Source of the DNA: an uncultured Rhodopirellula sp. | GTDB lineage: Bacteria > Planctomycetota > Planctomycetia > Pirellulales > Pirellulaceae | NCBI GenBank assembly: GCA_964007735.1 | Contig: CAXGAI010000008.1 | Span: 1 to 64,000 of the forward strand | DNA: 64,000 nt | Direction of reading: 5' to 3' | Shown: in pieces, positions 19,782-29,537 of the stretch | How the letters are laid out: every line of letters begins with the position of its first letter | How positions within the stretch are numbered: position 1 is the stretch's first letter | Made by a program: the position numbers and the translations under genes | The notes under the pieces: generated by a model | The model's input: the letters and a program-made list of their open reading frames with translations, nothing else | Databases searched by the model: none | What the model was told of the DNA's origin: nothing

Positions 19782-20669
19782 ATGTCAGACCAGTCGTTCA
19801 CTATCACTGCCTTCTACAAGTTTCTTGAAGTCGAAGAAGCTGAACTTGGCTCTTTGCGTAGCGAACTACAACGTATGGGGTACAAATTTAAGCTGCAGGG
19901 CCTCACGCTCATTGCAACCGAAGGGGTCAATGGGACCGTTGCAAGTTCAGCTGAAGGGATCGTTCAATTCAAAAGCTACCTTCAGGAGCGATTCGGGGAG
20001 ATCACTTTCAAGGACAGTTATAGTGATTTCCGTCCATTCAAACGATGGCTTGTAAAGATTCGGGACGAGATCGTTGCAATCAAAGATAAATCCATCCTTC
20101 CTGAAGGTGATCACAACCATCTATCTCCGCAAGAATGGCATCGAGTTTTGTCGGAAGAAGATGTTGTACTCATCGATACTCGAAATACCTGCGAGACTGA
20201 TATCGGTATGTTCCGGGGAGCTGTTGATCCTCGGCTTGATAGCTTTGGCGAATTCCCTGATTGGGTACGCGAGTGTGATATCCCTAAAGACAAAAAAATT
20301 CTAATGTACTGTACCGGTGGTATCCGCTGTGAAAAAGCTCTGATCTCAATGGAACGCGAAGGATACGAGAATGTTTACCAACTGCAGGGAGGGATTCTTG
20401 ATTATCTGGCACAGTATCCGGAAGGATACTGGCAGGGTGAGTGCTTTGTCTTTGACGGTCGAGTCGCTGTCGATAATCAACTGGCACCTTCGCAACGCTA
20501 CCAGTTCTGCCCGCATTGTGGCGATCCAGGTGATCTGAAATCCGTCTGTCAAATATGTGATGTCGAGATGATCATCTGTGAACAGTGTGCTGAGCAACCT
20601 GATCGTAACACGTGTTCTAAGAACTGCGCCGAGAAGTTTCGGCGTCAAGCGGCTGCTACAGGAGACTAG
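19782..20669 (+). CDS. trhO: tRNA uridine(34) hydroxylase, rhodanese-domain (UPF0176/YceA)
   Basis: EGVNGTV, DTRN, YCTGGIRCEKA, GECFVFDGRV and a Cys-rich C-terminus. Confidence 0.88.
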   Translation: MSDQSFTITAFYKFLEVEEAELGSLRSELQRMGYKFKLQGLTLIATEGVNGTVASSAEGIVQFKSYLQERFGEITFKDSYSDFRPFKRWLVKIRDEIVAIKDKSILPEGDHNHLSPQEWHRVLSEEDVVLIDTRNTCETDIGMFRGAVDPRLDSFGEFPDWVRECDIPKDKKILMYCTGGIRCEKALISMEREGYENVYQLQGGILDYLAQYPEGYWQGECFVFDGRVAVDNQLAPSQRYQFCPHCGDPGDLKSVCQICDVEMIICEQCAEQPDRNTCSKNCAEKFRRQAAATGD

Positions 20670-20673
20670 AACA

Positions 20674-21414
20674 ATGCTGAACGAATCCCAACTGGCTGAG
20701 TATCAGGATAAGGGGCATCTCACCATTAATCGTTTTTATGGCCCTGAAACGGTTGCCCAAGTCATCGCAGAAATCAACATCTGGGCCGATGAAACTCGAG
20801 CTGAATTAAGTGCAGAAGACCAACGTTGGTATTTCGAACAAAACGCCCCCGAGGGAATCTCCCTTTTCCGGAAACTTGACAATCCAATCTACAACCGTGA
20901 GGTTCTACGGCGATTGATCGTCACGCCTGAACTTCTTAGTCTTGGCAAACAGTTGATCGGTAAAGCTCTGACAGTTTTTTTCAGTCAGGTATTCATGAAG
21001 CCTGCCAAATATGGTGGACCAAAGCCTGTTCATCAGGATAACTATTATTTTGGCCCCGAAGACGAAGACAAAGTCCTTACAATATGGCTAGCCATCGATA
21101 ATGCCACCGTCGAGAACGGCTGTCTTTATTTTGGTGACGGCAGCCACCATACCGGTGTTCATCAGCACGTGGCTCCATCCGACGAACCTTTCAATTTGAT
21201 GGTACCAGAGGAAATCGCCGCTGAATTCCCCATGACACCAGCTCCGGTAGATGCCGGAGGAATTTCGCTTCACCATGGAAACACTTTTCATCAGTCCTCG
21301 GAAAACAAAAGTGAATTTCCACGCCGTGCATTAGCGATGCACTTTATTCCGCAGGACATGAATTTGATTAACCCTGCTCTCGAGTACGATCAAAGTGTGG
21401 TCGTACGATTTTGA
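20674..21414 (+). CDS. Phytanoyl-CoA dioxygenase (PhyH)-family Fe(II)/2-oxoglutarate dioxygenase
   Basis: HQD...H facial triad (VHQDNYY; TFHQS), WLAIDNATVENGCL and PRRAL. Confidence 0.9.
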   Translation: MLNESQLAEYQDKGHLTINRFYGPETVAQVIAEINIWADETRAELSAEDQRWYFEQNAPEGISLFRKLDNPIYNREVLRRLIVTPELLSLGKQLIGKALTVFFSQVFMKPAKYGGPKPVHQDNYYFGPEDEDKVLTIWLAIDNATVENGCLYFGDGSHHTGVHQHVAPSDEPFNLMVPEEIAAEFPMTPAPVDAGGISLHHGNTFHQSSENKSEFPRRALAMHFIPQDMNLINPALEYDQSVVVRF

Positions 21415-21449
21415 TTGACGTTTGTTCAACAATGGATTCCTTCATCACC

Positions 21450-23210
21450 ATGCAAAAACTAATCGTCCTATTGACTGCACTATTCTTTGCTGATTTCACT
21501 CAAGCTCAACCACCAAACGTTGTGGTCGTCCTCACGGACGATCAGGGCTGGGGCGACCTTAGCCTGCATGGTAATAAAAATCTAAGCACACCCCATCTTG
21601 ATGCTTTGGCAAGATCCGGAGCTCAATTCGACCGATTCTATGTTTGTGCTGTCTGCTCACCAACCCGTGCCGAGTTTTTAACCGGGCGGTATCATCCACG
21701 CGGGGGTGTATTTAGCACTACCGCAGGCGGAGAACGACTGGACCTTGACGAAGTCACCATTGCCGACACTTTTAAGGCTGCAGGCTACAACACCGGTGCC
21801 TTTGGCAAATGGCACAATGGAATGCAATATCCATATCACCCCAATGGACGCGGCTTTGACGAATACTATGGGTTCACTTCAGGGCATTGGGGCCACTACT
21901 TCTCGCCTGTACTTGAACACAACGGCGGCTTGACACGGGGCAAAGGTTTCTGTGTCGATGATTTCACTAACAAAGCAATGGACTTTATCGAAGAAAGTGT
22001 AAAACGAGACCAACCTTTCTTTGCCTACCTGCCATATAACACTCCCCACTCTCCAATGCAGGTCCCCGATCGATTCTGGAAGAAATTTGACGGAACCGAA
22101 CTCAAGATGAGAAATCGTTACCCTAATAAGGAGAACGTGCAACATACTCGGGCAGCACTCGCTATGTGTGAAAACGTAGACTGGAATGTGGGAAGATTGA
22201 TAAAAAAACTCAAAAGCCTGAACGTGGCCGACAATACAATCGTCGTATTCTTCCACGACAACGGTCCCAATGGAAGTCGTTGGAACGAGGAAATGCGGGG
22301 ACGAAAAGGTTCCACCGATGAGGGAGGATGCCGTTCCCCTTTATTTATCAGTTGGCCGGGTAAGATCAAGCCAGATACGTATGTCACTCAAATCGCATCG
22401 GTAACAGACCTGCTGCCAACACTATCTAACATGGCCGGCATTAATTTAATTGGTACGAAGCCACTCGATGGAATCGACCTCACCTCCTGGATTAACAATC
22501 CGCAAAAAGAATCTAACGATCGGATCATTATAAATGCCTGGAAAGGTAAGGTCAGTGCTCGCAACCAACGATACCGTCTCGACAACATGGGCCGTCTTTA
22601 TGACATTACCAACGACCCACGTCAGGACAAGAATATCACGGGCGAGCAACCTGAAGTCGCCAGAAAACTAAGCCTCGCAGTGAAAGACTTCACCGCAGAT
22701 GCTTTAAAGGACTACAACACAACCAACGATGGCCGTCCGTTTGTCATCTGCCACAAAGACTACAAATGGACGCAGGTTCCGGCTCGTGATGGTACAGCCC
22801 ATGGAAATATCATTCGCTCTAACAAGTTCCCTAATTGCTCGTACTTCCTGAACTGGACAAGTACCGAGGACAAAATCACATGGCCTGCGGAGGTTCAACA
22901 TGCGGGCAAATATCGGGTCTACCTACACTACACATGCCGGAAAGAAGATATTGGTTGTCGTGTGCAGTTGCAATTCAATCAAACAACGCTTTCACAGCAG
23001 ATCACCAAAGCGCATGATCCTCCTGAAATCGGTGCGAAAGAAGACCGCTTCGTACGCGTTGAATCTTATATCAAATTCTTCAACGAAATTGAACTTGGCA
23101 TCATGGAATTGGAAGCCGGTGCAGGGGAATTGACTTTGACAATTCCTGAAATGCCGGGCAACCGGGGAATTGAATTTCGTCTGTTGATGTTTGAACGTGT
23201 CGAGGATTAG
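21450..23210 (+). CDS. Arylsulfatase (formylglycine type) with C-terminal beta-sandwich
   Basis: PNVVVVLTDDQG, CSPTRAEFLTGR and GKWH; signal peptide. Confidence 0.93.
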   Translation: MQKLIVLLTALFFADFTQAQPPNVVVVLTDDQGWGDLSLHGNKNLSTPHLDALARSGAQFDRFYVCAVCSPTRAEFLTGRYHPRGGVFSTTAGGERLDLDEVTIADTFKAAGYNTGAFGKWHNGMQYPYHPNGRGFDEYYGFTSGHWGHYFSPVLEHNGGLTRGKGFCVDDFTNKAMDFIEESVKRDQPFFAYLPYNTPHSPMQVPDRFWKKFDGTELKMRNRYPNKENVQHTRAALAMCENVDWNVGRLIKKLKSLNVADNTIVVFFHDNGPNGSRWNEEMRGRKGSTDEGGCRSPLFISWPGKIKPDTYVTQIASVTDLLPTLSNMAGINLIGTKPLDGIDLTSWINNPQKESNDRIIINAWKGKVSARNQRYRLDNMGRLYDITNDPRQDKNITGEQPEVARKLSLAVKDFTADALKDYNTTNDGRPFVICHKDYKWTQVPARDGTAHGNIIRSNKFPNCSYFLNWTSTEDKITWPAEVQHAGKYRVYLHYTCRKEDIGCRVQLQFNQTTLSQQITKAHDPPEIGAKEDRFVRVESYIKFFNEIELGIMELEAGAGELTLTIPEMPGNRGIEFRLLMFERVED

Positions 23211-23221
23211 GAAACTATTTA

Positions 23222-25870
23222 ATGCGAAGTTGGCTTATTCAAAACTGGCTCATCCTTTTGCTCTGTCTGCTCAACGTCGAAGCCTCAGCTCGACAGCCTA
23301 ATGTAATCTTCATTCTGGCTGACGACCTTGGTTACAGCGAATTGGGTTGCTACGGCAATGACTTCAATGAAACCCCGTCGCTCGACAAATTAAGTAAGCA
23401 AGGAATGCGATTTACGGATGCCTATGCAGCCGCACCTGTTTGTTCGCCTTATCGAGCATCCCTTATGACCGGTCTGCATCCTGCTCGTGTTGGTATCATT
23501 GACTATTTGCGTCCAAACTCCGCTTTTGCTATCTCACCAGCGCAATATACGCTGCCTCGTGCCTTCCAGGCCAATGGCTACACCACTGGTTTCATTGGAA
23601 AGTGGCATCTAACCGGGTACAAATATCACGACTCGGAATTTGAAGTTCGGCCTACGGATGTAGGGTTTGACACAGAAATCGGAGGGGAAATCAAAGGCGT
23701 TGGCAACGGAGCTAACTTCTGGCCTTATGTATTTCGTGATCAACCTGTTCGTTGGCTGGATTTCAAAGAAAACAAACTTGGCAATAAAGAATATCTAGTT
23801 GACCGGATGAACCAGGAAGCGGTTGAATTCATTGAGAGAAACAAAGAGAAACCATTCTTTCTCTATCTGAGCCACTATTCAACGCACTCCATTCTCAATG
23901 GCCGGGCGGACAAAGTAAAAAAATACATTGCGAAACATCCACCCGGCCCTAGCTCACGGGAGCGATGCTATTTATGTCAAGACAGCGGTCACGAGGGAGA
24001 TGCTCTGCATCATTGGGCGCAACATCATAATCCCCATCTGGCCGCCATGCTCGAATCTATTGATGATGGTGTCGGGCTGATCATGGACAAACTCGAGGAA
24101 CTGGAGCTGTCCAATGATACGATTCTTATTTTTTCAAGTGACAACGGAGGGGAGGTCCATGTCACGTCCAACGCTCCGTTACGCGGCGGAAAAAGCCAGT
24201 TGTATGAAGGTGGTATTCGCGTGCCATTAATTATCCGCTGGCCCGGACAGGTTCCAATCGGAGCTACCACCCATTCGTATACAACCAGTACCGACTTTTT
24301 CCCAACACTTGCAGAAGCCTGTAAATTAAAGACGCAGGATAACTACAAATTTGATGGCACAAGCGTTTTGGGGGATTGGCGCGGTACAAAGCAGAGGCCA
24401 GCGGTTCGTGACTTACATTGGCACTACCCGTTGGAGAAACCTCACTTTCTCGGAGGTGTCTCTGCAGGAGCGATTCGTTCCGGAGACTGGAAGCTAGTCG
24501 AATTTTTTGAAACCGGTGAACTCGAGCTCTACAATCTGGAAACCGATCTTAGCGAGACAAAAAATGTCGCCAGGCAACACCCTCAACTGGTCGAAAACCT
24601 TTACACTCGTCTCGTTCAATGGCGAGATCGGGTCGATGCTCGTACTAGTTCGTCACTGAAAATGACGCGTAGCGGAAATGCTATTTTTCAAGACGCATTT
24701 TCACCAGAACTAGTAAGTGATCGCTGGTCACGAACTGAGAATTACACGATCAAAGAAGGAACACTTGTTCGCACGGACCATTACGACAAAGAAGCACGCA
24801 TCTTTCTGCAAAAGCCGGAATATAAGAATGTAGTTGTTAAATTTGATTTCCAGTTCCAGGGTACAAAAGACATTCGATTCCTGACCGGCACACCAGGTAA
24901 GTATAATGTGGTCGTTCATATTCATCGTGACCGATTCTTCCTCCAGACAGCCGTCGACCAAACGGTACCATTCTTCCCGGCAATACACGGGATCTGCGCT
25001 TTTGATTTTGAAGAAGATAAGTGGTACACGATGACCGTTGAGATCGCTGACGATGAAGTCTTAGCTCACATTGATCAGCAACATTTTGTCCACGCTCAGC
25101 ATCCTATCATTGACAGAACCCGCACCTACTTTGCATTTCAAACAGCAACTCCTGGAGCTGTTCTCGACAATGTCCAGCTTTTACATGGGTCTAAGCTTAA
25201 AGACTGGGAGAAACTTCGTGCCGAGTATATTAAACGGCAACAACAACGGCCATTGCCTGAAATGTCAATTCGAGACAAATGGCAGATGTTAAAAATAAAT
25301 ACTCATGACCTCCTTTACCGGACGGATCCTCAATACAAGTCTATTGTCGATCAATTAGCCGTTGCCAAGTTACAACAGCATGAACAATTTCCTGAAGTAT
25401 TCAGTTCCATCAAAGACGTGCGGAAACCCCTGACAGAGCTAAGAAAGAAGCTGGCCGCAGAAAACATGCAGTATCAAGCGTTGAACAAGCAAATAAATCA
25501 AACCAGGCAAAGGCAAAAACGGTTTGTACTGGAACGGTTCGTCGAACTGGAAAAATTGCCCGCCAGCGAGTTTGAGGCAGCCTATGCCCAACGTCGTCAG
25601 CAAGCCATGCAAGATGCCGACTTCATTGAACTTCAAAAGCAGCAGGCGGCAGCAGAAGCAAAATTGACTGAAGCATTTCCCGAACTGTTCATTACCAATG
25701 AAGAAATCCAGGCGAAGCAACGGGAACAACGAGTGAAGCTGAAAGACACACCCGAATTCCAACAAATGCTTCGTCATGTATCAGATTTGGTGAAAACAGA
25801 GATGGAATACCGTCATCAAAAAAATGCGGAGCTGAAAGCACTTTGGCTGCAGATCTTCACGAAAAAATAG
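23222..25870 (+). CDS. Multidomain sulfatase (sulfatase + lectin-like beta domain + helical tail)
   Basis: PNVIFILADDLG, CSPYRASLMTG and GKWH; about 400 extra C-terminal residues. Confidence 0.9.
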   Translation: MRSWLIQNWLILLLCLLNVEASARQPNVIFILADDLGYSELGCYGNDFNETPSLDKLSKQGMRFTDAYAAAPVCSPYRASLMTGLHPARVGIIDYLRPNSAFAISPAQYTLPRAFQANGYTTGFIGKWHLTGYKYHDSEFEVRPTDVGFDTEIGGEIKGVGNGANFWPYVFRDQPVRWLDFKENKLGNKEYLVDRMNQEAVEFIERNKEKPFFLYLSHYSTHSILNGRADKVKKYIAKHPPGPSSRERCYLCQDSGHEGDALHHWAQHHNPHLAAMLESIDDGVGLIMDKLEELELSNDTILIFSSDNGGEVHVTSNAPLRGGKSQLYEGGIRVPLIIRWPGQVPIGATTHSYTTSTDFFPTLAEACKLKTQDNYKFDGTSVLGDWRGTKQRPAVRDLHWHYPLEKPHFLGGVSAGAIRSGDWKLVEFFETGELELYNLETDLSETKNVARQHPQLVENLYTRLVQWRDRVDARTSSSLKMTRSGNAIFQDAFSPELVSDRWSRTENYTIKEGTLVRTDHYDKEARIFLQKPEYKNVVVKFDFQFQGTKDIRFLTGTPGKYNVVVHIHRDRFFLQTAVDQTVPFFPAIHGICAFDFEEDKWYTMTVEIADDEVLAHIDQQHFVHAQHPIIDRTRTYFAFQTATPGAVLDNVQLLHGSKLKDWEKLRAEYIKRQQQRPLPEMSIRDKWQMLKINTHDLLYRTDPQYKSIVDQLAVAKLQQHEQFPEVFSSIKDVRKPLTELRKKLAAENMQYQALNKQINQTRQRQKRFVLERFVELEKLPASEFEAAYAQRRQQAMQDADFIELQKQQAAAEAKLTEAFPELFITNEEIQAKQREQRVKLKDTPEFQQMLRHVSDLVKTEMEYRHQKNAELKALWLQIFTKK

Positions 25871-25927
25871 TGATAATAAACGGCTAGTCCATCCAAAATA
25901 ACATTTCCCTCATCCACAAGGCACATC

Positions 25928-26596
25928 ATGCTCCGCGTATTTATATTTCATTGCATCTCAATTTTCGCACTCTCCAGTTTGGCATTGGCCGCTGAGCCTG
26001 CTCTGCCGATTGTAGCGACGGAAGATTTCAGCCAGAGTGCGGGCAATTGGGAACCAAAAGACCCATCTGCCTGGAAAGTTGTTAAGCAAGGCTCAGAGAG
26101 CTTCTATTCCATGTTTAAAGACAGCAGCTACAGGCCGGAAGTTCGCTCCCCAGTTAACTTTGCATTGTTAAAAGATATCTCCGTATCGGACTTCGTACTC
26201 GACGTAGATATGCGTTCCACCCAGGAAGTCTACGGTCACCAAGATCTATGTTTGTTCTTTGGCTATCAAGATGCCTCTCACTTCTATTATGTCCATCTGG
26301 GGCGTGAAGCTGATGCTCATGCAAACTCTATCTTCCTGGTTAACGGTGAACCTCGTGTCAGTATTGCTCAAAAACGAACCGACGGTACCAATTGGTCAAA
26401 GGAATGGCACCACGTTCGCATCAAACGTGACATCGAAAAAGGAACCATTGCAGTATTCTTTGACGACATGAAGAAACCTGTCATGACCACCACAGATAAG
26501 CACTTTCTTCATGGCCGGGTCGGTATCGGGAGCTTTGACGATACCGGTGACTTTGATAATTTCCGATTACGCGGGCAACTTAAGGAAACAAAATAG
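25928..26596 (+). CDS. Secreted DUF1080/ConA-like beta-sandwich protein
   Basis: Signal peptide; SDFVLDVDM, FGYQDASHFYYVH, WHHVRIKR and GRVGIGSFDDTGDFDNFRL. Confidence 0.6.
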   Translation: MLRVFIFHCISIFALSSLALAAEPALPIVATEDFSQSAGNWEPKDPSAWKVVKQGSESFYSMFKDSSYRPEVRSPVNFALLKDISVSDFVLDVDMRSTQEVYGHQDLCLFFGYQDASHFYYVHLGREADAHANSIFLVNGEPRVSIAQKRTDGTNWSKEWHHVRIKRDIEKGTIAVFFDDMKKPVMTTTDKHFLHGRVGIGSFDDTGDFDNFRLRGQLKETK

Positions 26597-26602
26597 CCGT
26601 TT

Positions 26603-28045
26603 ATGAAATATCTACCCCTAGCCTTTGCCCTGTTCTTGGTGACTTACCCGCTACAAGCGAGTCAGCCCAACGTGTTGTTCATCGCTATTGATGACTTAAG
26701 GACAGATTTAAATTGCTATGGCAATTCACAAATTCATTCACCAAACATTGATCAGTTAGCGGAAGTGGGTACGCTGTTTAACCGCGCCTACTGTCAGCAA
26801 GCGGTCTGCAACCCCTCCAGAAGTTCAATGTTGACTGGCCTGCGTCTGGACACTCTACACCTTTGGGATCTACCAACTCATTTTCGGCAAAGGATTGCCG
26901 AAGTTGTTACCTTACCGCAGCTTTTCAAGCAAAGTGGATATCACACTCAGTGTGTTGGTAAAATTTTCCATAACTGGCGACAGGACGAATATAAAGGGGA
27001 TGCCGTTTCCTGGAGCGTTCCGGAAGAAATGCATTACAACTCACACGGGAATGACAAAGCAGTGGTTGAAGGGAAACTACCTCCCAACATTTCAGATGTA
27101 CCCAAATGTGTGATCCGCGATGTCCCTGATGAAGCATACTTCGACGGTCGTGTCGCGCGACGAGCTATCGAAGTTCTCAATGAGGTCAAAAATAAACCCT
27201 TTTTTCTCGCCGTTGGTTTTTGGAAACCTCACGCACACTTCAATGCTCCCAAGAAGTATTGGGATTTATACAATCCAGATGAAATGAAGCTACCTATAAA
27301 TCGTAAACACCCTGAAAACGTACCGGAAATTGCTCTACATAATGGGCAGGAGATACTCAGATCCTATAAAAACTCCCCTAACAAGTATCCTACGGACGAT
27401 CAGGCTCGGGAAATGAGACGCGGCTACTATGCAAACATCTCCTATATGGATGCTCAGGTTGGTAAAGTACTTGATGAACTGGACCGTCTCAAACTGCGCG
27501 ATAACACGATCATTGTTCTATGGTCTGATCACGGTTTTCATCTGGGAGAAAACGGTTTGTGGGCGAAGACATCTAACTTTGAACTGGATGCCAGAGTCCC
27601 GGTCATTATTTCAACACCAGAATTCGATGCCCCGCAAAGAACAGATTCACTCGTCGAATTATTGGATATTTATCCAACTCTAACGGAGCTTTGTCAGCTA
27701 CAGGGACCTGAGAACCTCGAAGGTAAAAGCCTTGTGCCCATCCTTCAAAATCCTAAAGCCTCGATTAAACAGCAGGCATTGACTCAGCACTGTCGCCCGG
27801 CTTATCCACCACTAGGTGAAGATCCGGAGGCGATGGGGTACTCTATCCGCACGGACCGTTACCGGTATACGCAATGGCGGGACTTCCATTCACACGCTGT
27901 GATCGCCACAGAGATTTACGACCACAATACTGATCCTCTGGAAACCAAGAATATTTTCGAGAATGCGCCCGTTCGCCTGAAGCAACGCTTAGCCAAACAA
28001 TTGGAATCTGTCATTTCCAAGCAGGTTCCCCGGGAGCAAAATTAG
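26603..28045 (+). CDS. Sulfatase, iduronate-2-sulfatase-like
   Basis: PNVLFIAIDDLR, CNPSRSSMLTG, GKIFH, GFWKPH and SDHGFHLGE. Confidence 0.93.
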   Translation: MKYLPLAFALFLVTYPLQASQPNVLFIAIDDLRTDLNCYGNSQIHSPNIDQLAEVGTLFNRAYCQQAVCNPSRSSMLTGLRLDTLHLWDLPTHFRQRIAEVVTLPQLFKQSGYHTQCVGKIFHNWRQDEYKGDAVSWSVPEEMHYNSHGNDKAVVEGKLPPNISDVPKCVIRDVPDEAYFDGRVARRAIEVLNEVKNKPFFLAVGFWKPHAHFNAPKKYWDLYNPDEMKLPINRKHPENVPEIALHNGQEILRSYKNSPNKYPTDDQAREMRRGYYANISYMDAQVGKVLDELDRLKLRDNTIIVLWSDHGFHLGENGLWAKTSNFELDARVPVIISTPEFDAPQRTDSLVELLDIYPTLTELCQLQGPENLEGKSLVPILQNPKASIKQQALTQHCRPAYPPLGEDPEAMGYSIRTDRYRYTQWRDFHSHAVIATEIYDHNTDPLETKNIFENAPVRLKQRLAKQLESVISKQVPREQN

Positions 28046-29510
28046 GCGTCCACGGAACAGTGCGGTCAAAGACCTTTTTGTAAGGCGCGTAATCATTGTA
28101 ATTAACTGCCTGAGCCCCCCATTTTCTCACTCGGGAATCGTAAACCTTCTGCAAGCGTTTTAGATCTTTTGGAGCTTCTTTGCTAAGTACAAGATTCTTC
28201 AATTCGAGTGGATCAGCACTAATTTTGAACAACTCTTCGGTAGCTTCAAAGTCACCTGACTCATACGGCCAGTAAATATATTTGTAGTCTTGACCGACTA
28301 CGCCGTAACTTTGGCATGAACGAGGCCCCCAGACGTTTATCAGTTCTAGATACTCGTGAATCGAAGATTGCGTGTCATCGTAGAGCGGCATCAAATCGCA
28401 ACCATCAATACCATGTGGGGCATTCAATCCGGCCAATCGAAGAATTGTCGGCGCAAAGTCAATCGACCCGGTAATCGAATCAACTCGCAGCTGTTTACCA
28501 CTATTTTTATGACGTGGATCAAAAATGATCAGCGGCACACGGGAGCCTTCCTCATAGGGAAGAACCTTGGACCCATATCCATGAGCACCACAAAAGAATC
28601 CGTTATCTGAGGTAAAGATAAAGACGGTATTGTTGGCAACGCCGGCATCTTTCACTGCCTGACGAATCATTCCGACAGCAGAATCAACCGCATGCACTAA
28701 CTGGTTATAGAGACGCATCTGATTGTCATAATCATCTTTATAGCCCCAGCTTTCAAAACGTTCATACTGACGACCGGTCTTACTCTGTCGGGAAAACTGG
28801 TCGCTAAACTGCCTCCCGTAATTCGCTGGTTTCCTAAATACCTTCCCGTCGTATACGTGATTAAACCTTGGGTCAACCTGATCGGGTTTGTGGGGAGCTT
28901 TAAAGCTTATGGAAAGACAGAATGGTTTATCCGCTTTCGTTGCATGATGAATAAAGTCCCGTCCAAACGCTCCATAGGAACGGGAGGAATGAGGGAATTC
29001 TTCGGCATACTTGGCCATACTAATGTTTTGTTTGGTGCGATAAGAAGTTTGTCCCGGACCGGCTCCCCACCAGTCAAAATCATCCTCGGGGAGAATCGCA
29101 TTCTGTTCACCTTCAGGTAGCACTTCGAAGCCGATCTTTCCGGCAATGGCTGTCAGATAACCATGTTCCCGAAGGATCATCGGATAACTCTGCTTCCACA
29201 ATTCCTCGTGAAGTGGACCATGACCAAAATTGCATCCGTGACGATATTCATAAAGTCCGGTCATCACCGTGGCTCGTGATGCCATGCATATAGCTGTCAC
29301 CGTGTAGTGACGATCGAAGGTCACTCCATCACGAGCCAGACTGTCAATGTTTGGGGTGACGACATCGTCATTACCATAGCAACCTAAAGAATAGGTATTT
29401 TGATCATCCGTGAACAAAAAGATGATATTAGGTTGCTTAGTTTCTTTGGCCTGAGCTAAGGAAACAAAGCAAAACCAAATCAAAGTAAAAACAACTCGTT
29501 TCAGATTCAT
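28011..29510 (-). CDS. Sulfatase
   Basis: PNIIFLFTDDQ, CMASRATVMTG, SFKAPH and SDNG. Confidence 0.92.
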   Translation of the reverse strand: MNLKRVVFTLIWFCFVSLAQAKETKQPNIIFLFTDDQNTYSLGCYGNDDVVTPNIDSLARDGVTFDRHYTVTAICMASRATVMTGLYEYRHGCNFGHGPLHEELWKQSYPMILREHGYLTAIAGKIGFEVLPEGEQNAILPEDDFDWWGAGPGQTSYRTKQNISMAKYAEEFPHSSRSYGAFGRDFIHHATKADKPFCLSISFKAPHKPDQVDPRFNHVYDGKVFRKPANYGRQFSDQFSRQSKTGRQYERFESWGYKDDYDNQMRLYNQLVHAVDSAVGMIRQAVKDAGVANNTVFIFTSDNGFFCGAHGYGSKVLPYEEGSRVPLIIFDPRHKNSGKQLRVDSITGSIDFAPTILRLAGLNAPHGIDGCDLMPLYDDTQSSIHEYLELINVWGPRSCQSYGVVGQDYKYIYWPYESGDFEATEELFKISADPLELKNLVLSKEAPKDLKRLQKVYDSRVRKWGAQAVNYNDYAPYKKVFDRTVPWTPNFAPGEPAWK

Positions 29511-29537
29511 AAAATGCCCTATCGCCGTTGTAAGTTT

